A DNA stretch of 64,000 bases, from NCBI RefSeq assembly GCF_044337415.1, contig NZ_JBIINP010000001.1, positions 10,321 to 74,320 on the forward strand, in the 5' to 3' direction. Each line of letters begins with the position of its first letter. The stretch's first letter is position 1. This DNA comes from Luteitalea sp. (GTDB lineage: Bacteria > Acidobacteriota > Vicinamibacteria > Vicinamibacterales > Vicinamibacteraceae). Below are positions 10,541 through 19,828 of this stretch, piece by piece. A program made the position numbers and the translations under genes. A model generated the notes under the pieces. The model was not told where the DNA came from. It saw only the letters and a list, made by a program, of their open reading frames with translations, and ran no database searches.

Positions 10541-10807
10541 ATGGTGACGCGTGACGTGGTGATCGTGAACCAGCTCGGCCTGCACGCCAGGGCCGCGGCG
10601 CGTTTCGTGCGGCTCGCCTCCCAGTACGCGGCGACCGTCCGCGTGGCCAAGGGCGCGCGGGAGCTCGACGGCAAGAGCATCCTGGGCCTGCTGCTGCTCG
10701 GGGCGGCCCGCGGCACGACGATCGTCATCAGGACCGAGGGCAGCGACGCCGAGGCAGCTGCCGACGCCCTCGCCGCGCTCGTCGCGGAAGGATTCGGGGA
10801 GTCGTGA
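10541..10807 (+). CDS. ptsH: Phosphocarrier protein HPr
   Basis: His15 in GLHAR and Ser46 in DGKSIL; both positions counted from the translation. Confidence 0.95.
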   Translation: MVTRDVVIVNQLGLHARAAARFVRLASQYAATVRVAKGARELDGKSILGLLLLGAARGTTIVIRTEGSDAEAAADALAALVAEGFGES

Positions 10808-10814
10808 CGTGCTG

Positions 10815-12497
10815 ATGCTGACCGGCGTGGCCGTCGCTCCGGGGGAGGCACTGGGCCCGGCCGTGGTCGTGCGGCTGCGGACGCACGACGTGCGCTACCG
10901 GATCGCCGAGGAGGACGTGGCGGCGGAGCAGGCGCGCCTGACTGCCGCCTCGGACCTCACGCGCACGCAACTCGAGGACATCCGCGATCGCACCCGTCAC
11001 GTGCTGGGCGCCGAGCTGGCGGGCATGTTCGACGTGCAGATCCTGATGCTGGCCGATCCGCTGCTGCGCGAGCGGGCCGACGCCCTCATCCGGTCGCGCC
11101 GCGTCAACGCCGAGTGGGCGGTCGTCGAGGCGGGGGAGGAACTGGTCCAGCGGCTCCGCGCCATCGAGGATCCGTACCTGCAGGAGCGCCACGGCGATCT
11201 CACCGACGTCCTCGGCCGTGTGCGCGCCAACCTGCAGCGCGTGGATGGCGATGCCGGGTGGCTGAACGCGCAGCTGGCCCGGTTCAACGAGCCCTGCGTG
11301 TTCGTGGCCGACGACCTGCCCGTGTCGGTGGCCGCGCAGCTCGACTGGAGCCGGCTCGCGGCGCTCGCCACCGATGCCGGGACACGGACGGCCCACACCG
11401 CCATCCTGGCCCGCTCGATGGGGGTGCCTGCCGTGGTCGGCCTGCAGGAGGCCACGCGCATGGTGCCGCCTGGGGCCACGCTGCTCGTCGACGGCACGAC
11501 CGGCATGATTGCCGTCGACCCGCCCCCGGCCGTCGTCGACGCGACGCGCCGCCGCTTGCGCGCGGTGGCCACGCCCGCCGAGTCGCTCTCGGGGCCAGCC
11601 ATGACTGCCGACGATGTCCCGGTGCTGCTGCTGGCCAACATCGAGCGTCCCGAGGACGTGCCGTTCGCCTGGCGCGAGGGCGCCGAGGGCCTCGGACTCG
11701 TGCGCTCGGAACTGCTGCTCGGCGGGCAGCCCATCGGACAGGTCAGCGAGCAGGCGCAGGTCGACGCCTACCGGGATGTGCTCGACCGCGCTGGTGACCG
11801 CGAGGTGACCATTCGCACGTTCGACATCACGCCGGAAGAGGTCGGGCTCCCCGAGCAGATGGATGTGGAACCGCGCGAGCGACTGGGGATGCGCGGGTTG
11901 CGGCTCGGCCTCGCGCGCCCGGAGGTGCTCGAGCGTCAACTGCGCGCGTTGATTCGCGCGGGCGAGGGACGACACCTTCGCGTCATGTTTCCGTTCGTGA
12001 CGAGCGCCGACGAGATGGCGCGTGCCGTGCAGATGCTGCGCACGCAGGCCGAGCGCCTGGGGTTGCCGGCGCCGCTCGCCGGCGCGATGGTCGAGGTCCC
12101 GGCGGCGGCGCTCGACGCCGGTCGCCTGGCGCAGCATGCGGACTTCCTCAGCATCGGGACCAACGACCTCACGCAGTACACGCTCGCCGCCGACCGCAGC
12201 GACGTTCGCGTGCAGCACCTCTACAATCCTCGACATCCGGCGGTCCTGCGCCTGATCCGCATGGTGGTCCGCGGGGCCAGGCGCCACGGTCGGCGCGTGG
12301 CCGTGTGCGGGGAGATGGCGTCCGACACGATGCTGCTGCGGGTGCTGCTCGGCCTCGGCCTGCGCGAGTTCAGCATGGCCGCCACGTCCCTGCGCCAGGC
12401 GCGCGAGGCCCTGGCCGGGTGTTCGATCGCGGAGGCGCGCGACGCCGCGCTCCGCGTGCTGTACGAAGGCGACGTCAACGCACCCGTGGGTCCGTGA
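10815..12497 (+). CDS. ptsI: PTS enzyme I (PEP-protein phosphotransferase); alternative GTG start at 10809
   Basis: TAHTAILARS phospho-His motif, GLVRSELL, RTFD, SIGTNDLTQYTLAADR, VCGEMA. No N-terminal GAF domain, so not PtsP. Confidence 0.93.
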   Translation: MLTGVAVAPGEALGPAVVVRLRTHDVRYRIAEEDVAAEQARLTAASDLTRTQLEDIRDRTRHVLGAELAGMFDVQILMLADPLLRERADALIRSRRVNAEWAVVEAGEELVQRLRAIEDPYLQERHGDLTDVLGRVRANLQRVDGDAGWLNAQLARFNEPCVFVADDLPVSVAAQLDWSRLAALATDAGTRTAHTAILARSMGVPAVVGLQEATRMVPPGATLLVDGTTGMIAVDPPPAVVDATRRRLRAVATPAESLSGPAMTADDVPVLLLANIERPEDVPFAWREGAEGLGLVRSELLLGGQPIGQVSEQAQVDAYRDVLDRAGDREVTIRTFDITPEEVGLPEQMDVEPRERLGMRGLRLGLARPEVLERQLRALIRAGEGRHLRVMFPFVTSADEMARAVQMLRTQAERLGLPAPLAGAMVEVPAAALDAGRLAQHADFLSIGTNDLTQYTLAADRSDVRVQHLYNPRHPAVLRLIRMVVRGARRHGRRVAVCGEMASDTMLLRVLLGLGLREFSMAATSLRQAREALAGCSIAEARDAALRVLYEGDVNAPVGP

Positions 12498-12545
12498 GGC
12501 CGTGAGGGGCAGGCCACCCCGTCGTGTCGGCTGACGGGTGTTGCA

Positions 12546-12565
12546 GTGTAGTAGTCGATCTACAC
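12546..12565. promoter_or_regulatory. Inverted repeat GTGTAG-N8-CTACAC, putative TA-operon operator
   Basis: 6-bp perfect arms ending 11 nt upstream of the vapB-like ATG at 12576. Confidence 0.5.
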
Positions 12566-12575
12566 AGGTATCGAC

Positions 12576-12765
12576 ATGGCACTGAACATCCGGAACGACG
12601 AAGCGGAGCGGCTGGCGGCCACATTGGCGAGGCTGACGGGCGAGACCAAGACACAGGCCGTGACGCAGGCCCTGAAGGATCGACTCGCACGCGTGCGTGG
12701 CGAGCGCCGCGGACGTTCCTCGAGAAGGCCGCGATCGAGATCGTGGCCGTGGACGTCGAGCGCGG
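12576..12765 (+). pseudogene. Collapsed vapBC toxin-antitoxin module: VapB N-terminal half joined out of frame to an internal VapC fragment
   Basis: MALNIRNDEAERLAATLARLTGETKTQAVTQALKDRL is a VapB (Rv0623-like) N-terminus. From about 12713 another frame reads TFLEKAAIEIVAVDVE, resembling the VapC PIN core. There is no proper stop. Confidence 0.7.
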
Positions 12766-12767
12766 AC

Positions 12768-13751
12768 TCAGACCGCCCGGTTGCCGTCGACCGTGGCGGT
12801 GCTGAAGTAGTAGAAGTTCTTCACCCACACGTGTTCGCGGCGGATGCGCTCGAACAGCACCTCCGGCAGCGGCCCCTTGTCGGCCGCGGCGATCGCCGCC
12901 TCCACCTGCGCCACGTCGGCCAGCGAAATCGCCAGCGTCGACATCCCCGGGTGCGTGAGCGCGAACCGCACCGACAGTTCCACCAGGTCCATGCCGTGCG
13001 CGCGGGCATCGTCATGCAGGCGATCGATGCGGCGGAGGTACTCGGTGACGAGCTCCGGCGATGCGTTGGCGAGCTTCACGTCGCGGGCGAGCGATTCGCG
13101 CGTGGCCACGCCTGCGAGCGCCCCCGAGTGATCGAAGACGCAGCGGGCGATCACGCCGACACCGCGCGCGGCCGCAAGCGGCACGACGCTGACGAGCGGC
13201 CGCGACTCGAAGGCGTTGAACACCACCTGCACGCCGTCGACCAGTCGATCGTCGACGAGCTTGAGCACGCCGTCGTGCTCGTGGTCCTGCGCACTCACGC
13301 CGATGTACCGGATCTTGCCGGCCGCACGAAGCGCGTGGAGCGCCTCCAGCCACGTGGTCTCGTGCGACCAGCGGTAGTACCACTGATGCAACTGCACGAG
13401 GTCCAGGCAGTCGACGCCGAGCGTGCGCAGGCTCTCCTCGACAGACGCCTCGATGCTCCGGGACGTGAACTGTACGTCCATCGGCACGTAGTGGCGCCAG
13501 TTGGAGATGTCGCGCGGCTTGACCTTGGTGGCGATCAGCGGCCGCGCGCCGTGCCACGCGCGCAGCGTCCGCGCGACGATGGCCTCGCTCTCGCCGTAGT
13601 TCCTGGCGGTGTCGATGGCGGTGATGCCGCGCTCGAGGGCCGCCAGCAGCGCTGAGGATGCGCCGTCGGGCCTGTCACCGACGATCCGCATCGCACCGAA
13701 CGTGATGGGGGAGACCTGGAGCCCGGAAGTGCCGAAGGGACGAAGTGTCAT
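12768..13751 (-). CDS. Aldo/keto reductase family oxidoreductase
   Basis: LRPFGTSGLQVSPITFG, IDTARNYG.SE, IATKV, LDLVQLH, GKIRYIGVS. Confidence 0.9.
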   Translation of the reverse strand: MTLRPFGTSGLQVSPITFGAMRIVGDRPDGASSALLAALERGITAIDTARNYGESEAIVARTLRAWHGARPLIATKVKPRDISNWRHYVPMDVQFTSRSIEASVEESLRTLGVDCLDLVQLHQWYYRWSHETTWLEALHALRAAGKIRYIGVSAQDHEHDGVLKLVDDRLVDGVQVVFNAFESRPLVSVVPLAAARGVGVIARCVFDHSGALAGVATRESLARDVKLANASPELVTEYLRRIDRLHDDARAHGMDLVELSVRFALTHPGMSTLAISLADVAQVEAAIAAADKGPLPEVLFERIRREHVWVKNFYYFSTATVDGNRAV

Positions 13752-13773
13752 CTCGAGAATTCCGCGCTGCTGC

Positions 13774-13852
13774 GATGCCGCAAGGACTGGCGAACGCACG
13801 AATGCCGCAACGCCTCTCGACATTGCGGCATTCCCGGCATTCCCGGCATTAC
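13774..13852. repeat. Short-unit repeat/hairpin built from (A/G)ATGCCGCAA and GGCATTCCC units
   Basis: AATGCCGCAA (13801-13810) pairs with TTGCGGCATT (13823-13832), followed by GGCATTCCC tandem units. Confidence 0.5.
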
Positions 13853-13876
13853 CACCGAGCGGGAGCTCTGTGCCCG

Positions 13877-14380
13877 CTAGAACGGAATGTCGTCGTCGTT
13901 GTCGCCGCCGCTCATCGGGTCGAAGCCGCCGGCGCTGCCGCCAGACGTGGTTCCACCGGAACTCGCGCCGCCGCCGTAGCTGCCGCCGCCGTAGTCGTAG
14001 TCGTCCTCGCTGCGGCTGCCGCCACCCGCGCCGCGGCCGCCACCGCCGCCACCACCCAGCAACTGGATGCGGTCGGCCACGATCTCGGTCGTGTAGCGCT
14101 TCTGGCCATCCTTGTCGTCCCACGACCGCGTCTCGATGCGGCCTTCGACGTAGATCTGCTTGCCCTTCTTCAGGTAGTCCTGCAGCGACTCGGCCTGCTT
14201 GCCGAGCAGGACGATACGGTGCCACTCGGTCTTCTCGACCCAGTCGCCGGTCTTGCTGTCCTTGCGCCGGTCCGTCGTCGCGATGCTGAAGCGCGCGATC
14301 GCGAAGCCGTTGCCGGTGAACTTGAGTTCCGCGTCCCGCCCGAGGTTCCCGACGAGGATCGCCTTGTTGACGCTACCCAT
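13877..14380 (-). CDS. ssb: Single-stranded DNA-binding protein
   Basis: SVNKAILVGNLGRD, TEWHRIV, YVEGRIETRSW, Gly-rich linker, DDDIPF tail. Confidence 0.97.
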   Translation of the reverse strand: MGSVNKAILVGNLGRDAELKFTGNGFAIARFSIATTDRRKDSKTGDWVEKTEWHRIVLLGKQAESLQDYLKKGKQIYVEGRIETRSWDDKDGQKRYTTEIVADRIQLLGGGGGGGRGAGGGSRSEDDYDYGGGSYGGGASSGGTTSGGSAGGFDPMSGGDNDDDIPF

Positions 14381-14493
14381 GCCTGCCTGCTCTCTCTCCA
14401 CCCGGGCATCCCGGGTCTCTCACGCCCCCACGACCCCGTGGGGGTACAGTCGTGCCGCCACTGTGACGGGCGATCCTTGCCGAATCTGACAGC

Positions 14494-14624
14494 GGCAATT
14501 TGACATTCGACATTTGAAATTTCCGGGGCGCTGGCCATCGGCCGCGCGCCTCTGGGTGCGCCGCGCGAGCGAAGGCCGGGAGGCCGAGCCGCCAAGAATC
14601 TCGAATGTCAAATCTCGAATTGCC
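14494..14624. repeat. Intergenic element with inverted heptamer-repeat arms around a GC-rich core
   Basis: Left arm GGCAATTTGACATTCGACATTTGAAATT; right arm reverse complement GGCAATTCGAGATTTGACATTCGAGATT. Confidence 0.65.
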
Positions 14625-14626
14625 AC

Positions 14627-15535
14627 TTACTCTCGCGGACGCCGATTCAGGCCGTCGAGCACCTGCTTGGCCAGCACCGCGACCTCGCTCTGCGGATAGT
14701 TGCGGATCACCTGCTGGAACGACTCGCGCGCACGGTCGTTGTCGCCGAGCAGGCTCAGCGCGACGCCTCGCTTGTACAGCGCCTGCGGCACCCGGTCGCC
14801 GCTCGGGTAGTCGGCGATCACCTTCTCGTAGGCGCCGACCGCCTCCTTGAACTTCCCGTCGAGCTGGTACGACTCGCCGATGTAGAACTGGGCGTCGTCG
14901 GCCTTGTCGCTGGTGGGGAAGGAGCGGATGAACTGCTCGAACCCGGAAATGGCCAGTGGCCACTGCCCGGCGGCGTAGTCGGCCTGCGCCGTGTCGAACA
15001 TCCGCTGCGGCGACAGGCCGCCGGCCGGACCGGTCGGCACGGCGGGGGCCGCGGGAGCCGGGGTGGCGGGTGCACCCGCCACCGGCGCGCCCGGCGCCGC
15101 CGTGGGTGTTACGGGGACCATGGTCCCGTTTGGTCCGGGCACCATCGACACCGGGGGCGGCGCGAGCTGCGACGGCAACGTGTTGACGGCCTCGCGCAGC
15201 GAGTTCAGCTCCTGGCCGATCGACCCCACGCGCGTGTTGTTCTCGTCGAGCCGCTCACGGACGACGCGGAGATCGCCGCTCAGGTTGTCGATCAGCAGCT
15301 TCTGGTCGGCGAACTGCTTGCGCGAGGTAGTGGCCTGGTCGTCGAGCTTGGCGTTGAGGGCCTTCAGCGTGTCGCCGAGGGTCACCAGCACGAGCTGCAA
15401 CTGCTGGTTCTGCTCCTGCAGCATGCGGATGTCGGCCATCAACTGCTGGTGCTCGCGGTTGGCGGCGTGGGCCGGCAGCGCCAGGCCCACGAGCATCACG
15501 CCCGTCAGGGCGCCAATCACGGTGCGCGTCATCAT
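14627..15535 (-). CDS. cpoB: Tol-Pal system protein CpoB/YbgF (coiled coil plus TPR)
   Basis: Signal peptide (LALPAHA), coiled coil, TPRs (AQFYIGESY, ALYKRGVAL); downstream of pal. Confidence 0.88.
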   Translation of the reverse strand: MMTRTVIGALTGVMLVGLALPAHAANREHQQLMADIRMLQEQNQQLQLVLVTLGDTLKALNAKLDDQATTSRKQFADQKLLIDNLSGDLRVVRERLDENNTRVGSIGQELNSLREAVNTLPSQLAPPPVSMVPGPNGTMVPVTPTAAPGAPVAGAPATPAPAAPAVPTGPAGGLSPQRMFDTAQADYAAGQWPLAISGFEQFIRSFPTSDKADDAQFYIGESYQLDGKFKEAVGAYEKVIADYPSGDRVPQALYKRGVALSLLGDNDRARESFQQVIRNYPQSEVAVLAKQVLDGLNRRPRE

Positions 15536-15554
15536 GTCCGTCCTGACTGCGGCC

Positions 15555-16157
15555 TTACTTGCTGGTGACCACGAAGTGGGCGCGCCGGTTCTTGGCGTAC
15601 GCCTCCTCGGTGCTGCCTGGGTCGAACGGGAACTCCTTCCCGTAGGACACGATCTTGAGCCGCTCGGCCGGAATCCCCAGCGACACCAGATACGCGCGGG
15701 CCGACTGTGCCCGGCGCTCACCAAGGGCCAGATTGTACTCGGCAGTCCCGCGCTCATCGCAGTGGCCTTCGATGGTCACGACCCAGCTCGGGTACTGCTT
15801 CAGGATCTCGGCGTTCTTCTGCAGCGTCGCCTGCATGTCGCCAGCCACGTCGGAGCTGTCGAGGCCGTAGTAGACAGGCTGCAAGGGCGACTCGCGATTG
15901 AGCTCGTCGAGTGAGCGCGCGTTGTAGTCCACCATCGGGCTGCTGGCCACGGCAGGCTCGGCCGGAACCGAGGCCACTGGCGGCTCAGGCTCGGGCAGCG
16001 GCGCGGGCGGCGGCGGAGGGGCCGTGTCCACGGTCGTGTTGACCGACGGCGGCGGCGGCGTCGGCCGCGCGACCGGGGGCTTCTTGCGGCTGCAGGCCGA
16101 AGTGGTGGCGACGATCACCAGACAGGCGGCGACGAGGCGGACGAAACGAGCGGACAT
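15555..16157 (-). CDS. pal: Peptidoglycan-associated lipoprotein Pal
   Basis: Lipobox TSA-C, IEGHCDERGTAEYNLALGERRA, SYGKE, NRRAHF. Confidence 0.95.
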   Translation of the reverse strand: MSARFVRLVAACLVIVATTSACSRKKPPVARPTPPPPSVNTTVDTAPPPPPAPLPEPEPPVASVPAEPAVASSPMVDYNARSLDELNRESPLQPVYYGLDSSDVAGDMQATLQKNAEILKQYPSWVVTIEGHCDERGTAEYNLALGERRAQSARAYLVSLGIPAERLKIVSYGKEFPFDPGSTEEAYAKNRRAHFVVTSK

Positions 16158-16195
16158 GCGGGACGTCTCCTTGTGGGCGGGGGGCCGCACCGGAA

Positions 16196-17623
16196 TCAGC
16201 GGGACCAACTGGGCTGCACGTTGTTGCCCGACTTGGTGACCTGGCGGAGGTCATTGCCGTCGCGGGCGATGGTGAAAATCTGCGTCCGGCCGGCGCGCGT
16301 CGAGGCAAACGCGAGGTGACGCCCGTTGGGCGCCCACGACGGGCTCTCGTTGCTGCCGGTACTGTCGGTGATGGTCCGAATCTGGCCCTGTTCGAGGCTG
16401 AAGATCTTGATGTCGAAGCCGGGACCGTTGCGGCCCGCGTACGCGATCTCGTTGTAGGGCGCCGGCGACCACGTGGCACGGTCAGCCCACGACTCGCTGG
16501 TGATGCGACGGGGCTGCCCGATGCCATCGGCGTCCACGATGTAGATCTGCGGCGAGCCGGAGCGGTCCGACGTGAACGCAATCTGGTTGCCCGCTGGCGA
16601 CCACGTGGGCGTCGAGTCGTTGCCGGGGTGGCGAGTCACGCGCCGCAGGCTCGAGCCGTCGCGGTTCACGACATAGATCTCCATGTTGCCGTCGCGGTTG
16701 GTCATGAAGGCGAGGCGCGTGCCGTCCGGCGAGAACGCCGGCAGGAAGTTGTGCACCGTGTCGGTGCCCGCGGCAGGCTGGTCCATCTTGCCCTGGTAGA
16801 TGTAGGACACGTAGATGTCAGGGTACCCGCGGCGATACGACGTGTAGGCGATGGCTCGCCCATCGGCCGACCAACTCGGGTTGATCGCGAGCGACCGGTT
16901 GACGGTGACGCGTCGCTGGCTCTCCCCATCGTAATCGGCGATGTAGATCTCCTTGATGCTGCGCTGCTCGACCGGCCCCTTCGAGGTCTCACCATCGCGA
17001 TCGCTCACGAACGCCAGCTTGGTCCGGGCGACGCCGGTGAGCGACCGCGTGTCCTTGTGCAATTCGTCGGCGATGGTGTGCGCGAACGCCCGCGGGTTGC
17101 TGGCCGCGGCCGTGTACTCCTTGGCCCACATGCTGCGCTGCGACGAGACGTCGAACAGCCGCGCCTGCACCGTCAGGCTCGACGCATTCTGGCGCACCGT
17201 GCCGATCAGCACGTAGTTGGCGCCCAGCTCCTTCCACTGCGCGAACGGCACCGTCTCCATCGACGTCGCTGGCGTGATCGGGGCGTACGAGGCGCGCGGG
17301 ATGAGGTCGAACTCCCGCTCGAAGCGGAGGTCGTCCCACAGCACCTGCGCGATGGCCTCGGCCGGCCCCTTCAGGTCGGCGCCCGCCATGAACGTCGGCA
17401 CGGCCAGACGCGGGGTGGCACCGCCACTGAGCGAGATCGCCGTGGAGATCTCGGTGGGCTGCTGTGTGGCGGGCGGCGTGCCTGCCGGTGGCGCCTGCGA
17501 CGCAGGCGGCTGCGACGGAGCCGCCGGGGCCTGCGCGGAATCCGGTGCGGCGATCACCAGCACCGTGGACGCGAGGGCCGCGAGGGCGGCGGTCAGGAGG
17601 AAACGTGGAGCGGTCGTCGTCAT
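16196..17623 (-). CDS. tolB: Tol-Pal beta-propeller protein TolB
   Basis: FAHTIADE, TKLAFVS, IYIADYDG and repeated PD40 motifs (PSWSADG, PAFSPDG, PTWSPAG, PSWAPNG). Confidence 0.93.
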   Translation of the reverse strand: MTTTAPRFLLTAALAALASTVLVIAAPDSAQAPAAPSQPPASQAPPAGTPPATQQPTEISTAISLSGGATPRLAVPTFMAGADLKGPAEAIAQVLWDDLRFEREFDLIPRASYAPITPATSMETVPFAQWKELGANYVLIGTVRQNASSLTVQARLFDVSSQRSMWAKEYTAAASNPRAFAHTIADELHKDTRSLTGVARTKLAFVSDRDGETSKGPVEQRSIKEIYIADYDGESQRRVTVNRSLAINPSWSADGRAIAYTSYRRGYPDIYVSYIYQGKMDQPAAGTDTVHNFLPAFSPDGTRLAFMTNRDGNMEIYVVNRDGSSLRRVTRHPGNDSTPTWSPAGNQIAFTSDRSGSPQIYIVDADGIGQPRRITSESWADRATWSPAPYNEIAYAGRNGPGFDIKIFSLEQGQIRTITDSTGSNESPSWAPNGRHLAFASTRAGRTQIFTIARDGNDLRQVTKSGNNVQPSWSR

Positions 17624-18426
17624 GGGGTGAAGTTGAATTCCAGGTTCACCGTCAGCGTCGGGTTGGTGTACTCGCGCGGCAGCGGTGGCAGCTTGGTGAG
17701 GACGAGCGCCCGCTGCGCCGCCTGGTCGAGCAGGAAGTTGCGGCTCGTGCGCGCCACCGCGATGTCGCTCAGGACGCCCTGGCGATCGATCACGAAGCGC
17801 ATCACCGTCGAGCCCGTCGTGCCCTGCTGTTGGCGGAAATTCCGCTGGATGATCTGCAGCATCTCGGACACGTAGCCCGGGCAGCAGAAGTTGCCGAGGT
17901 TGATCTGGCCGCCGGCGCCACCGCCACCCGTGGACAGGCCGATGCTGTCGCTCACGACACCGGTGTCGGCGCGTGCCTGGCCCTCGCTGACTCGGGCCCC
18001 CGTGGTCGGCGTCCGTCCTCTGGCCTGCTCCGTCGTCGTCTGCGGCGGCGTGACGGGCGGACGGGGCGCCGGCTTCGGCGCCGCCTTCACAGGTTCGGTC
18101 ATCTCGGGGGGCTTGGCCGCGGGCGGCTGCACCGGGGTGGGCTTGACGTCCGGCTTCGGCTCAACCGCCTGTTGCACGGGGCGACCCGACATCGACGTGA
18201 GTCCGCCGGCCCGTGGGCCGGGAGCCCCGCCGAGGCTGATGGTCATCACGTTCCTGGGCTCGTCCTGATGGGTCCGCCACGAGGACGGCATCAACGCCAC
18301 CAGCAGTACCAGCGCCGCGTGCGCGGTCAGCGACAGCAGCACCATCCGCTTGAAGCCGTCCGGGCCGGTCGTGCGCCGGGCGGTGGTCCCGCCGGCAAGT
18401 GCGAAGGGGGCAGTAGGGGAGGCCAC
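17620..18426 (-). CDS. TolA/TonB-family energy transducer (TM, Pro-rich linker, TonB_C-like domain)
   Basis: SLTAHAALV TM motif, P/K-rich linker, FVIDRQG...SRNFLLDQAA...LPPLP domain. GTG at 18426 chosen because AGGA precedes it. Confidence 0.85.
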   Translation of the reverse strand: MASPTAPFALAGGTTARRTTGPDGFKRMVLLSLTAHAALVLLVALMPSSWRTHQDEPRNVMTISLGGAPGPRAGGLTSMSGRPVQQAVEPKPDVKPTPVQPPAAKPPEMTEPVKAAPKPAPRPPVTPPQTTTEQARGRTPTTGARVSEGQARADTGVVSDSIGLSTGGGGAGGQINLGNFCCPGYVSEMLQIIQRNFRQQQGTTGSTVMRFVIDRQGVLSDIAVARTSRNFLLDQAAQRALVLTKLPPLPREYTNPTLTVNLEFNFTP

Positions 18427-18433
18427 GCGCGTC

Positions 18434-18898
18434 CTATCGCTCCCCTGGCAGGCGCGACACGAGGCCAACCTTCTCGACGCCGGCCGTCTTCAGGGCGTCC
18501 ATGACCGTCATCGTCTGTTGCACGGTGACGGCGCCGTCGGCGCGGAGGTAGACGGACTTGTCGGACTTGCCTTGCAGCGCCTGCCGCATCCGCTCACCGA
18601 GCACATCCACCCGGATGAACTCCTCGTCCAACTGCACGCGCCTGTCCTGGGCGAACGACAGCGGGATCGTGACGAAGATCCGTTCGTTGCTCAGGTTCTG
18701 CGATCGGCGGGCGACCGGCAGGTTCACGTCGAGGCCACGGGTCATCATCGGCGCCGCGACCATGAAGATGATCAGCAACACCAGCATCACGTCGACGAGG
18801 GGGACGACGTTGATCTCGGCCAGCGCGGTCGAGGCGACCATCCGGCCGCGTCGCCCCCGTCCCATCCCGCCCCCGCCTGCCGCTTGTACCTTGGGCAT
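18434..18898 (-). CDS. tolR: TolR/ExbD-family protein
   Basis: EINVVPLVDVMLVLLIIFMV, LDVNLP, LRADG; Tol-Pal context. Confidence 0.88.
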   Translation of the reverse strand: MPKVQAAGGGGMGRGRRGRMVASTALAEINVVPLVDVMLVLLIIFMVAAPMMTRGLDVNLPVARRSQNLSNERIFVTIPLSFAQDRRVQLDEEFIRVDVLGERMRQALQGKSDKSVYLRADGAVTVQQTMTVMDALKTAGVEKVGLVSRLPGER

Positions 18899-18917
18899 GT
18901 GGTCGTCCGGGACGGGC

Positions 18918-19670
18918 CTAGGTGAAGTTGCGCTCGGAGATGTTGAGGAACTCCAGCGAGAAGTCCTCCATCGCCGCGGCGAACCCGCGCACCTTGCCGG
19001 TGAAGTGGTTGTAGAAGTACACGGCAGGAATCGCCGCGAACAGGCCTGCCGCCGTGGCGATCAGGGCCGACGCGATGCCGGGCGCCACCACGGCGAGGTT
19101 CGAGGACCCCACCGCCCCGATGGCCTGGAACGCCGTCATGATGCCCCACACCGTGCCGAACAGGCCGATGAAGGGCGTGATGCTCGCTGTCGTCGCCAGG
19201 AATCCCACGCGCTCCTCGAGCTTGGCCAGTTCGGTGCCGCTGGCGCGCAGGAGGGCGCGGTCCACGGCTTCGAGACTCTTGAGCGTTGGACGCGGCGCAC
19301 CGGCCGCTGGCTTGTCGCCCGTCCCACGCAACTGCGCGTTGAGTTCCCCGTAGCCGGCCTGGAACAGGCCAACGAGCGGACTCTCGCCGAGCGAGCGACA
19401 CACGGCCTGCACTTCCGAGAACTTGCTGCTCCGCCGGAAGACGTCCAGGAACTGGCGCGTCTGCGCGTCGGCCTTGCGGAACGCCCATGTCTTGTAGGCC
19501 ACGATGCCCCAGGACACGACGGAAAAGAGGACGAGAAGAGCGAGGACGAGCTGCTCGATGAGCCCGGTCCGGGTGACGAGGGAAATGACGTCAGTCGCCG
19601 ATTCCGCGGTCTCCGCCGCGGGTCCGGCCAGCTCCTGCAGGGCAAGAGCGAACACCCAGAGCGTCTGCAA
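18918..19670 (-). CDS. tolQ: TolQ/ExbB-family proton channel protein; probable TTG start after GGAGG
   Basis: FLATTASITPFIGLFGTVWGIM, VAPGIASALIATAAGLFAAIPAV. Confidence 0.9.
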   Translation of the reverse strand: MQTLWVFALALQELAGPAAETAESATDVISLVTRTGLIEQLVLALLVLFSVVSWGIVAYKTWAFRKADAQTRQFLDVFRRSSKFSEVQAVCRSLGESPLVGLFQAGYGELNAQLRGTGDKPAAGAPRPTLKSLEAVDRALLRASGTELAKLEERVGFLATTASITPFIGLFGTVWGIMTAFQAIGAVGSSNLAVVAPGIASALIATAAGLFAAIPAVYFYNHFTGKVRGFAAAMEDFSLEFLNISERNFT

Positions 19671-19828
19671 ACAGGCCTCCGCAATGCATGATCGATGCGC
19701 CGCTGGGAAGGCGCGAAGCTGCAAGGCTACCACGCGCCGAAAACAGGGGTCAACTCCATGATATCGTTGCAGTTCTGGCCATTCGGCGCGCCCGTCAGTC
19801 CCTACGGTCGACCTGCGTCCTCCCGTCC

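Noticed and set aside
12576-13655. 359-aa ORF as a real long protein
   Set aside because: Only the first about 48 codons are VapB-like; the rest is antisense to the aldo/keto reductase.
19671-19828. LexA box upstream of recN
   Set aside because: No convincing GTTC-N7-GTTC, CTGT-N8-ACAG or GAAC-N4-GTTC pattern was found.
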